From Kondoa subrosea (lineage: Eukaryota): a stretch of DNA of 64,000 nt. The stretch lies in contig BCIN01000009.1 of NCBI GenBank assembly GCA_039545335.1, positions 434,001 to 498,000 of the forward strand. Direction: 5' to 3'. The translations under genes and the position numbers were made by a program. This document shows, in pieces, positions 12,628 to 24,781 of the stretch (the stretch's first letter is position 1; each line of letters starts with the position of its first letter). The notes under the pieces are model-generated. The model searched no databases. It was not told the DNA's origin and saw only the letters and a list, made by a program, of their open reading frames with translations.

Positions 12628-12951
12628 CTGCGTCTTAAAACATGTTTAGCGAGAGATTGGTAGCTGAGGGCGACGGCAGTCCAACATCTATGGGGTGTCG
12701 ACTTGCTTCAATCAGGATATGGCGCAAAGGGTAGTTCTGAAGAGCACAGATACGAATGTGAAGAGCAACTGTGTAGACTAGTTTGACTTTACATGGTGGA
12801 AATCTCAAGCGCAGATCTTGTATTGAGAGATGTTGCCAAAGTTGTGACCGAGCTTACACAGGCGGTGTAAGTCACGAAGCTATTTAATCATGAGTCTAAG
12901 GACGAATGGCACCCATCTAACCACGTACTCGGATTTCGGAATGAAGAGCTA

Positions 12952-14691
12952 CTAGCTACCAGCGACTTCCTCAATCCCAAAGCTCTCATCCGCTTCTCCA
13001 GGCTTCAATTCCACGTTCTCCAAGAAATCGTTGCGCACCAAGAATTCAGCAGCTTGAAGTAAATCAGAGACATCTCGAGCAACATCGTTTGCCAATAGCT
13101 AGATCTCCTTGATCAGCTATGGGTCGACAAGGTAGATCAACAACCGACCTTGCTCAATAAGCTATGTCGTTGAGCGAACGGATTATGAACTTCTTTCTTC
13201 CCCGCCACTTTCGTACGAGGCTTTCTCTTTTCAGTCCGACAGCGCAAAATGAGAGCCGAAGAACAACATAGAGGACTCTACATACAGATTGGACTGCAGG
13301 TTTTGCTATAACCTTGTGGATGCTCGCAACAGGTGCTACTGAAACCTCGCTTGCATCACTTTCCGATTCTGAAGAGCTAGCGACACCTTTGGCGTATTTA
13401 CGTGCTTCTAAAAGAGTAGCAGCAGTGATTTCAGCTTCTTCTTCCGAGTCATCTGAATCTGAATCTTGCTGCATTTGCGTAGCAACAGATTGAAGAGGTA
13501 GTGTTGATTTGGTAGACTGCTGTTCTGGTGGGTCGTCATCTTCCACAGAAGAAGAAGAGCCATATCCAGTCAAAGTAGTAATTTGACTTTCAATCGGTTT
13601 CGGTTGCACCGGTGCTTCGACTTTTTGTCGTTTCGCTTGTGGTTCCTCTATCACTCGATCATTCATTTCTTCCTGCTGCTGGTCCTGTGGCTCAGATTGA
13701 GAGTAAGATGACATCGAACCGCCTCTTCCTCTACCTCGACCTCGCCAACCTGTTCCTCTTTCACGCTCTGCAAATCCACCTCTGCCTCTTGAACCGCGAT
13801 TCCCTCTACCTCTCCCTCTTTGATCACTAGTCGAATCATAAGCGGTATAAGAAGAACGATTAGTTGAATTGTGCGGTTTAGCATGTTCCGCCTTGATATA
13901 CATTCAGCATCCATGAAGCAAAGGGAATAAGGTCATTTTATCACCTTTTGAGCGATTACTGCAGCACTTGGCCAACGTTTTTTCCTATCCGCTATCCATT
14001 TCGCAATAGCTTCCGGAGTATCGAGTTTGATGTTTGTTCCTTCGATCATAGGTCTGTCAAAACGATAACCAAGAAATCAACGTCAAGAGTGTACGAAGCT
14101 TGTGTTTGAACGTACGCTACTCCAGGAGGTGGCATAGGACCATCCGGCATTGATGCACGAGGTTTGACAGGTAAACCAGAATGTTTCTCGTGCTTATGTT
14201 TGAGCAAAGTAGAATGATCAGCTTCAAAATTGCACTCTGCGCATTTCTGATGTTCTCTTGCTCGATGTGCGATCAATTGAATCTTGTTTGGAAATTGTCG
14301 ACTGCAAGTAAAACAATCCACTCTGTTGCATTACTCACCCATATAAGCTGAAGAAAGCGGAAGAAAGTACCAAGACTAACTCTTCGTTGATCTTTGGTGC
14401 TCTACGAGTGGGTTCTGGCGGTGTAGGGTCATGCATAGGAGCAGTAGATGAAATGCTATATCCTTGTTCAGTGTAGCGAGGATAACCCTGATACATTGGC
14501 TGTTGGTGCAGCATGTAATTCATTTGAGGCACATATGGAGACATTTGTGGATACATCATAGGCTGCTGGAATTGCTGATAAGGATTCTGCATTTGTGGGT
14601 AGAAAAACTGAGGTTGTTGCTGAGACCATTGAGGCTGTTGAGGTGGTTGACCGTCTGAACTACGCATAGGACGAGCGGGGCCATTGTACAT
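12952..14691 (-). CDS. RSA1: NUFIP1/Rsa1-family box C/D snoRNP assembly factor with C2H2 zinc fingers and RGG region
   Basis: Spliced IEGTNIKLDTPEAIAKWIADRKKRWPS (NUFIP1/PEP domain), N-terminal CFTC…H…H and CAEC…H…H fingers, C-terminal LLSKLLANDVARDVSDLLQAAEFLVRNDFL. Confidence 0.8.
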
Positions 14692-14981
14692 GATCGTTAC
14701 TCGTGGCTGTCTGAGAAGGCGTCAGAACAAAATAATGCCCAGGTTGTTCTGCAACTGCCAATCGACAATAATTGCAGTGGAACACCCGCAACACCTGCCA
14801 AATGATTATGTGTGGCTTGTGATCTTGCTCGAACAGCACAATCATTGCATTGCAAGCAACTTGAGCTGAACGATTGCGCTTAGTCAGCTTCTACTGCTTC
14901 TGTCCTATCTCTCTCTGTCTATGTTACTTTCCGACCTCGCATCCATGCTTGTCTACAGATCATCATTTGCTTTCTCATGGC

Positions 14982-15243
14982 GTCGGTTGTGTCGTTCTGC
15001 ATCCGCATTGGGTGCTTTACATGTATTCTCTTCTGCGGCTTTGCAAACTTTGCGAATTCGGATCGAGCCTCGTTATTAAGAGTTTTGATGACTTTTCGAG
15101 GATCACTGTACTATCAAGACTGGAGCGTAGAAGATTTTGGGCTCGTTTTTGCCTGCTAGCAGTCGTGTCAGCTGTAACGCCAGGAAGACTTCTGCTTCCT
15201 GTCTTCTCAACCAAGTGAGAGTGTGCTAACTGATAAATTCAAG
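14982..15243 (+). ncRNA. Candidate structured intronic ncRNA (possibly a snoRNA) in a non-coding host transcript
   Basis: Four stem-loops whose G-U pairs favour the + strand, bracketed by a GTCGGT donor (14982), GCTAAC branch (15225) and CAAG acceptor (15243). See findings. Confidence 0.4.
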
Positions 15244-15587
15244 TTGATCGGAATTGATCTGTGACAAGAAGTCACTTGCAGTACAAGATCGCCTAACGAT
15301 GTCCATCATTTGATGCATACAGCTGAATTGTCGAATAGAAAAGAAGGGGGAGCAAGAAGGATCACGCATGAGATCATGCTTGGAGACGCTTAGACTATGT
15401 TACAGGTATATACAGCCAGTAGCCTTATGCGAGGAAATTGTCGCTGAACCGTTTTCCTGCCCAAGACTTTTCTTGCCTCTCCGTTATCCATACGTACTTG
15501 AGCCGCCTTGATTTCAGACGCAATCTGGCCGTGTATTACCAAAGTGATAAATTTCATGTGAATGCGCTCGTCGGTCATGACCAAACG

Positions 15588-17669
15588 ATGCACAAAAGCC
15601 TTCGTTGCTTTAGACGCAGCAGCACCTCACGCTCAGTAGTAATCAGTCGACCTATCTCCTTGCTGCCTCGAATGGCTTCTCAGGCCTCGTCAAGATTATC
15701 TATGGTTTCCAGGCATTTATCCGCTACTCCTGCAAATCAAGCAATAGAAAGACCTGCAGTAGCATCACCTGATGATAATCCAATTATCAAAACCCGATCT
15801 CAGAATGCTTTACGAGTCTTGACGCTCAATAGACCCAAGAAGCTCAATTCTTTGCAAGTCCCAATTCCCAAGCAGCATGATCAGGCCGCGGTACTCATAT
15901 TGGATGTGTACTTAGGAATACTGAGATGATTACATCAATGAAACAAAAATTGGATGCTTGGGAATCGTCAGATCAAGTTTCCCTTATTCTCTTCAAAGGC
16001 GAAGGCAGAGCTTTTTGTGCAGGTCAGTCTTCTCACAATCCTCTGCTATGATGTATACTCATACATTCAAGTACAGGAGGGGATGTGGAACAAGCTGTTG
16101 AAGCTGCGAAAGAAGATAAAACCAGACCGATAGCTGTGGAATTCTTCAGGAGTGAATATGAGCTCGATAACAAAATTGCTAGGATGAAAACACCCATTGT
16201 AACTTTCATGGATGGATTCACAAGTCAGTCCAAATGTCTCTTCAGCATTACTTGAAGCTGATCCATCAAGTCAAGTGGGAGGAGGTGTTGGACTTTCGTA
16301 GTTTTCCTCACAGTCCTAATGAGCTTCACTAAATGTGCAATTAGTGTCCACGCACCTTTCAGAGTAGCAACAGAAAACACACAATTCGCAATGCCCGAAG
16401 TAAAGCTTTCCTTTATTTTTGGTGTAAGTTCGAGCTGATCTTCTCGGATAGGCCAAGATTGGTCTTTTCCCAGATGTTGGCGCTTCTTTCTTCTTATCGC
16501 GTATGGATGGTAGCGTAGGAGCGTACCTAGGTCTCACTTCCGAACCGATCGACGGTTGGACAGCTTAGTATGGCTTCCTTGCTAGCTTTTAGCGATTGAT
16601 CTGATTCAGTTTATGCAGCCAGAATGGATTAGCAACACATTACATCACCTCAGATCGATTAGCGGAAGTGGAAGAAAGACTCAGTCATTTATCTACTATA
16701 CCAAATGAACAAACCTCGGATGATTTACATGAAACCATCAATACCGTGTTAGAAGAATTCGCAGCTGAACCTTCTTCACCTTTGAAAAACAGCATTTCCG
16801 GGAAAGAAAGGAAAGCGATTGATGTTTGTTTCAGACATTCGAATTTAAGCAAAGTTGTTGAAGATCTGAAAGCGATCGAAGAGGGTCACTCTTTCAAAGG
16901 ACAAGGATTGGAAGGTTGGGCAAAGAAAACTAGGGAGATTGTGGAAATGCGTTCACCTACAAGTTGCTCGGTCACGCTTTTGTTGTTGGAAGATGCGAAA
17001 CATTTCGCTATCGATGATTCATTCAGAACGGATTTGAGAATAGCTTGTGCAATGCTTGTGAGCTCTCTCATATCTTCTTCCTTCCTTGCAGACTGATCTC
17101 TCGACCCAGGATCCAAGCGTTACCAAAGATTTCCTTGTTGGAGTAAATCAAGTTCTAGTACTTCGAGATAAAGAAGCACGAAAACAAAGACCACCTTGGT
17201 CTCCTGATTCACATTCAGATAAACAAGGTCTATCAGTAGAAACACTTCGATCTAAATTCTTCAATCGAGAGTCACCTACCAAGCTTCCAGTACCGGAACA
17301 TCATGCGCCAACAACAGGTCACAAATCCTACACCAAGTATCCTTATGCCAAGTTCTCTCTACCTAGCGAAAATAGTATTGGGAGATTAATAAGGGGAGAA
17401 GATTCGTAAGTCCAATCTCTCTGCAAATATTAGTTCAGGCTAAGACGCCGGGCATCAGATCTGGAGGAAGCTTCGCACTCTCTAAAGCAGACCTCCATAA
17501 GTTATTAGCCAGGCAATACCGCAACAAAGTCGGGTTAAAGCAAAGAATTGATGAGGTCAGCTTTTGCATACAAATCATCTGTTTTTGGACATGGCTTATC
17601 ATCTTGAGTTAGATTCTGGAGCGGCATACGGAAACAAGGAAAGCTGGAACTTTGAGATGGGTTCTTTAA
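15588..17669 (+). CDS. EHD3: 3-hydroxyisobutyryl-CoA hydrolase, mitochondrial (crotonase family)
   Basis: Arg/Ser-rich presequence, [87 protein letters not shown]. The first intron (15854-15915) is GC-AG. Confidence 0.9.
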
Positions 17670-17760
17670 TGTCCGAAGTATTCCAATGCTATGTACAATG
17701 ACCAATAATTGAACGACCGGTGCCCTAGCCTATACGTACATGTCTGATATCTTGATACAT

Positions 17761-20700
17761 CTAAAACGACATTCTCAAATCTATGGATGATTGAGCTGCG
17801 GCAGTCGGACGAGTCGATCCAGTTCCAACAGATTGCCTGATGCTAGATTCTAAAATGGTTCGCTGAGTACCGTCGAGAGTTTGCGTTGCGTCTTTGAAAG
17901 CCGCCGGATGTTGGGTCGCCATAGCGAGGATTATAGGTATTGTTGTAGCATGGCTGGGTGTAGATGGATCAGATGGCTTGAGGAAGACGATTAATATAGG
18001 CAGAACGACGCTGAGTCCATCCCGTTCTGCGCGCGCAGGTAAGCGTCACGAAGCAGATCTCATATATTTACTCACTGTACTCATCTGCCAGCAAGGTTAT
18101 GAATGACTGAAGGGTTTTGACGAGTTCTTGTGCTCCTTGCGCAAAGGTTGAAGGGACACTCGCGCCAAAGGTAATTAGACCGGCAAGTAGTTGCCCTGCG
18201 CAGTACTGCAATATCGGATCGCCTCGAATTGCGCTAGTAATTATCGATCTTGAGCATTGTATAGCTGTCAAAGCAATCTATGGAATAGTTAGCTTTAAGC
18301 GCGCATCGTGTAGCTATAATGACGGACTTCCTTATCGGCAGAGGCCATCATCTCACCCAACAGGTCGCACAAGTGATCCACGTCGCTTTGACTGATGCGT
18401 GTTGTTTGCGGCAGAGTTGTCAAGATAAGGCTAGCTGCCAGCAGGTTGTTGGCAGCTTTGATGTTTGCTGATTTCTCCTCGCGGTCACTTGTTGAACGTG
18501 AGCAGAATCTCTCATCATCAGTAACCGTCACTCACCCTGCATCGTCTACATTCCGTAAACAAGAAGTGAACAGTGCTTGCAAGACTTGTGGCACAAGCTC
18601 GCTGTCTTTTAAAGCGCCGGACCGTTCGCATATTCGCTTGAGGATTGGAAGAGAACTTTGTATCATTGCGCTGACTTGGACCTCGCATTGCAACAAACCT
18701 AGACGGCAATCAGCTAGGCGCGCTCAGCAAACGAGATAAGACTCACGAGCATATAGTGTTATGGCGATAGCATACAAATCTTCCCTATATTGCGCGGTGT
18801 GTTGATCCCCAATCTCGAGCAAGGTCGTCCATGCGACATCAAGCACAAGATTGAAAGAGGCTAAATTCGAGGATGCTGCTCTTGTGCGTCAGAAGAGACG
18901 GACTGTTGAAGTGCAAGACTTACGAATGCGCGACGCGGATGCAATACAATGCGAAAGTATGCCAATAACGACACGTAGCGACTGAGCCATTTTGGATTCG
19001 GAGTAAGTATCAGGCGAGCTTGTACCATTGGCGCTACAGGATAGAATCAGATGCTGCCTCCTCCGGTTTCAGGAGGACTGACACAGCTTTGTAACTTGTC
19101 AAGAAGTCTACCCCGTGATGCCGAGCTATCTGAGCGACAACTTTGAGAACTCTAGCTTGCACTTCCAGTGGTTCCGTAATGGTCAAGCGATAAAACAGAC
19201 CACACAGCTCTTCATACAAGTTATCTCGTTGAAGCGCAGGACCAGCTAGAGTCGGTATCAAGAGACCTTCCATGGCTTCTAAAGCTATTCCAGCAGTCTG
19301 TACTGCTTGTCCCTTGCTCTCTTCGCCGGCGGTGAAGGTGGATGGATCTGCTAGAATTTCGAAAGCCAAGCCAAATATCACATAGAAGAATAAAGCTGGC
19401 TCGGAAGCCGGAGCTGTATTGATCATAGGTGCGTTGCTCGTCAGATCCATGCCTTCGCATGCAGCAATGGCCAAAGAGTCTTGTGTCTTGAGCAAGAGTG
19501 CAAGAGCATGCATCATAGATCTCCACGAGCGCTCGTAATACTATAGAGCACGATTCAATTGCGTCTATGGCGATCAAGAGTATGAAGCTTACTGGCAGAG
19601 CTACTTCTCGATTCAGACCAGCATAAGAGGATTCAAGATTACTTGCAGCGGAGGAGCTGGAAGTAGCGGAGGCTTCTGGGTCAACCCTAAGTCTTGCGAA
19701 TTCGCGAAGCGAGGCCAGCCAGAAGGGACACAGTGTAGCATAGTGAGGTTTGACAACATCTTGCAAATAGGTTTGACGAAAGCTAGCTGTAGCAAGCTCT
19801 CCCCAGGCCGAAAATATAGACGTCTTCAGCATGATAGCTGCAGTCGAACTGAGGTCTTTGACTTCTCCAAGGCTCGTCATGTCCACATCTGTAGCAAATT
19901 GGTCAGACTGATGATCAAGCTCTTGTGTCTTAGAGCTACCTTTACAACTCTCCAATGCGTTGGTCAAAAGTCTCAGAATGCGACCCATTTTCTCCACTTC
20001 ACGAACAACTCCCGAACCCGTGAACACCGCGCACACTTGAATGGCTGATGCGAGGACTTCTGGAAACGAGTCCGCCGCAAACGCTGGTGTCAGCGCTGCA
20101 GCTATAGCAGCTTGATACTGTTCTAACAACAGCGAATCCTCGAAATCCGGATCGCGTGATTTGCTAAAGTTCTGCGCAAAAAGATCAGAAGAAATCGAGA
20201 CAAAGGCAGTGTCTGACAGTACCTCTATAACATCGCGCAAAAGTACAAGTCCTTGTAATCGGATGGGCATGACAGGAGCAGATGAAGCAGTGAAGGCCAT
20301 CTTGACTAAGTCAGAGATACGGCTGACTAGCAATCTTCGCTGTGACACTGATCCTGAAACGGCTTCGAAATGTTCTCGCTTGCCAGATTTCACAACGGTA
20401 GCGAATACTTCGTGCAAGCATTCCAAGGCGAAAAGCTGAGTTCGCCATCTCGACGTGCCTCTTGAAGTACCGGACATGACAGAGGAGTCCCCGGAGTCGA
20501 TTCCAAGACCTTGCGATTCTTCGTCAGCAAATCCACTTTTGGCTTGCTCTGCTTGTTGCACTGCCGTCGCGGCAGTAGTTCGAGCCATGATCCTCTGGCA
20601 AAGATCAACCCAGCCAGAAGGAGATATGACAGCAGTCTGTTTGAGCCAGCTGAGGATGGCATCTCGAACCCCATCTATACTAGGATCATCATCCAGTAGA

Positions 20701-23700
20701 GCAAACAGTTCAGCTACCAATTGATCTCCGCCAATCTTGGACATTGAGAGAGCATCATGTTGAACCAGCTGATAGACACTATTGATAGCCGCTACTTTGA
20801 AAGGACGTCTAGGTGACGACAGCTGGGCGCGGAGATTCTGGACTAGTTCGGGAAGAGGGACAGCTTTGGGTTCAAACATAAGAAAGTGTTGCAACGCTTT
20901 CATCCCTTCCACAGCAACACCCTCGTCTGCCTCGCGACGAAACTCGTGCAGTAGAGTGAGAATGAGAGACTGAACCGAGTCTTGTTCTTGTAGATCTGGA
21001 CCAAGTACGCCTATTACGGCATCCAGAATCTTGCAGAAAGCTTGATACGTCGGCAAGTCACCACGGAGATTGACGCTGTTTGGCGATCCACCTTCCGGCT
21101 CATGCGAATCGGCCAGGTACAATCTAGCAATGGCTCCTAATGTACCGTTGATGTAGACAGAATAGCTTAGACTGGCGGCATCGATTACGCGAGATAACGC
21201 TTGCAGAGCCCAGAACTGGACCAAAGGATGCGGGTCAGCGCTGAGCGACATGAGAACGTCGACAATAGTTTTGAGAACGGGTCCGGCTGAAAGACTACCG
21301 ACGTGCCCATATATTTCACCAAGAGCTAGAGCACAACCAGCTCTGGCGCTAGGATCCGTATTGCTGACGATTTGAGATATGCACGACTGAACCTGCGAGG
21401 ACATGAAAGAAGCACCAGCGACCTGGCAGAGGCGACCCATAGATTCACTACCGAGCGAACGTAATCTGGCGTCTTGATGAAGCATTGCCGACTATTTCTG
21501 TTTGAGCATATGCTGTGTTCGGGCTTGTGAAGCGAAGACATACCTTGATGATCTCCTGGACTGCCTTGTTGATTTGAGGTACTGCCATATTTTCCCCTCC
21601 TCGCTTCGACTGGGCAGACATTGCTAATCGAAGTGACCCGAGCAGAGAAGTACAGGCATTGACCATAATGGCTATTCTTCTTCCCAGGTTGCGTTCTGTT
21701 TTCGGCGATTGAGCAAGCTCGACTAATTGGTTCACAAGCTTTGTTTGCTGCTGAAGATCCTGCAGAGAGAAGTATAGGGCAAAAACTTCGATGGCCGAAT
21801 CTACTACCCCGGTTGCTGCTGAGCTAGGCAAATAGCTTTGCTGCATCGAAGGGTCGCAAAGAGTCAACGCATCGTGCTCAAGCGCACCGAACGTAGGTTG
21901 CTTGAGGAGTTCGGCGATTTCAGCTTCTACAGAGTCTCGATTCAGGAAAGGGCTGCGTTGTGTTGCAGGTTGACCAATCAGTACTTCCGCTTCTCTGACC
22001 AAGCTCGTCACCCCATAACCGAAGCCGTCAGTCGCTTCCCATACCGAGACGGGAACTCCAGAAGAAGCCGCTATCGCTGCTTGTACGGAAGATCCAGTAT
22101 ATCTTTCAGGATCAGCAAAAGCTGTCAGAGCAGTATTGAGGAGAGCGCTTTGGCTTGTATCGGCAAATGGTGTTTGGCCAAGAACCAGGAAACATTGAAA
22201 TAGTCTTCTGCGGAGCATCAAATCCCTATCGACCAGGAGGAGACTAGACGAAGACGCAGTCGAGCTTTGTTCTGAGGGCTGACCATGCTGACTGGTGAAG
22301 GAGCTGGAGAAGACTAGCGCGTTTGTTAAAAGCGCACCTATTCTTCTCCCGACATCAGCGTTTATAAGCTGAGTATTGTGTCGGAGGAACCCAAGGATAG
22401 CAGAAAGAGTGCATTCCCGAATATGCAACAAGAAGCCCCATTCCTTATCTGATCGGATTTGTGAAGCGCTTGCATCTTTGCTGGTCGCTTTCGGCAAAGC
22501 GTTCCTCCACAAAATCAGAAGCTGAGGCAGATGTAATCGGACGAAGTGATGACCCAAAGACATGAGAGAAGAAACCAGAACCCAAGCAACTTGAATTTCG
22601 ACAGCTGAGATATGCAGGTCGTGGTTACCAGATTGCTTGAGTAGTTGAATCGCTAAGGACATGACTTTGGCGCTGACATCGTACGAAACATAAAGAGGTC
22701 TCGAGGGGATGACACTGATCAGGGCTGCTAAAGCATAGGCATGACCAACGGCATGCTTGTTAACTTCAGAACCTGTTGACCCTTGTCCCAATTGACCAAG
22801 ATCCTTATTGAGTAGCTCCAACATGAGTGAGATGGTTGAAGATAGTCGTGTCGAAATAGCCGAGCAGAAAGACTTCAGTGCTTGTGCCGCTGCTACTTGC
22901 ACTGAAAAGCTGGGATGCTCAAGAAGACGGAAAACAGCATCATAGACGACTTCTTGAGCAGAAGGAGGTGCATTGCCAAGCTGCTGAAGGAGACCCGAGA
23001 CCTCGTTGAGCGAGACTATCAGAACATCTTTCGTGGGTGAAGCTGATCCGGGAAGTAGAGCTGGCCATTTATGCAGGAAAGCTCCAGCAATCTCCCTCAA
23101 GGCTACAATCTGTCCTGATTCGGATAGTAGCCTGACGCCAATGACCTTGCGCAGAAGAATCGATACGGCTGTCCTCGCTGTCAGAACTTCAAAGCGATTG
23201 TATGCTGACCGTGAGCCGATCAGCTCATTGATGATGTGCTTAATGATGTCGGTATAGTTGCTTTCGACGTAGTGATGTCCAAGAGTTGTGAGAAGAGTTG
23301 CATATATGTCAATAATGCCGACCTTGGTCCGTCGACTGGTTTGAGCTTTATTATATGGAACAGACAGGGCGCTGAACATCTCATTCATGGTCATGAGCAT
23401 GCCTGTAGAAGTGTTTATAGAGTTGTTTGAAGTCGTGGGATAAGGGTCATCGTCATCTTCCCCTTCTTTTTTTGTGGTCTTCTTTTGCTTTACTTCTGGC
23501 GGAGGCGCCAACCCTTGGACTTGAGAAGTTGCTAGCACACCTGAAGCGAGTCTCGATAGAGATCTTCTGGTTTGAAAATCGACGGAATCCATTGCACGCA
23601 GAATCAAGCTGATGATAGATTCTATTTCTTGCACTGTAAGATTTGCTACGCCAGATTGGAAGTAGATCAGTAGAGCCTGAATATTCTCTCAGTATCATCC

Positions 23701-24517
23701 TAGCTATCCAGTGGATGGACACACGTCAGCTGAACCTCGTTGCAAACAAGCCGTCTTGTCCGTCAACATTGCTTTCAGTCCTTTTAGCAGCTCCTTAGCT
23801 AGACCCTCATTGACCGCTTTTCCTGCTTTGGTTATTGTTTTCCGTATGCAGACTAAAGCGGCATGACGAATGACTATAGGTGCAGAATTCAGTCGTGCCG
23901 TTCGCAGTGAAGTCGCTACAAGGTCAACAACCATTGACATGATCTGCGTGCTCGATCAGTATGCATACCATGGCGTCAGATGGGTGACCTACTTGATCGC
24001 CTATGACTTCCATCAGATCTCCAGCGCAAGCGAATGCCGACCTGTTGGTGCCCACATGAGCTGCTCTGTTCTTTGCTATGTAGACTGAGACATACACTTT
24101 CTGCTCCTTCTCTAGCTTTGGATCTGCCATCGCGCGCGAGAGAGTCTGAACACCATCGAACAATGACTTGGAGTCTCCAGAAGTATACAGCTTGATCAGA
24201 CATCTCGCAATGATGTTTCTTGTTGGTCGACCAGGTTTAGGTGCAGGAGCTGAAGCTGTAGCAGGTACCAGCAGCAATTTGTAGAAGAGTTGCTCCAAGC
24301 TCGGTTGAGCTGATCGAATCACGTCCTGCCCGAACCCATTAGACAAGCTTCTTAGATCAAGCGACTGACAGCTCACTTCTGGTAACGCATTGAGGGCTGC
24401 CTCGCAGTTGCTCAGGTATTGCAGCAGATAGATTTCACCTCGTTCAGCGAGGAAACTGGCACTGAGCTTGACTTCGTCAATAGGCTGCAAGTCTTCTGCG
24501 GTATATGTTCGCGTCAT
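17761..24517 (-). CDS. LAA1: HEAT-repeat AP-1 accessory protein Laa1/HEATR5 (~2000 aa)
   Basis: Large HEAT-repeat protein with KPGRPTRNIIARCL, HLPQLLILWRNALP, ARAGCALALGEIY, LSADPHPLVQFWAL, RWRTQLFALECL, DPDFEDSLLLEQYQAAIAAALTPAF. About 12 canonical introns traced. Confidence 0.9.
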
Positions 24518-24781
24518 CCTTGACTGTGAATCTCGAGAATCAGGTATCTGACCGCCAAAGTCGCGGACACGGGTCAAGCGCATGATATATAACAAAGTTT
24601 CGAGACGAAGTACACAGATCGAATGGCATTAGAGTGCTATATTCCAGCTATAAACTACTCTGAAAGCTATACAAGTACTAGTAAAACGCGAAACGAATGA
24701 ACGGAAATGTCCAGCATAACACAATTATTTCTCATCAGAACACGCATGAGCGCGACCAAGCAAGTCGTGCCTGCCTCTTCT

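Noticed and set aside
14339..14347. Apparent 9-nt micro-exon in RSA1 (minus strand CAG|CTTATATGG|GTGAGT)
   Set aside because: Using it leaves an impossibly short next intron. A single intron 14380-14323 restores the frame.
15080..15135. U3 snoRNA resemblance (GGATCA, TGATGA, GAGCGT)
   Set aside because: The boxes are in the wrong order for U3 and box A is incomplete.
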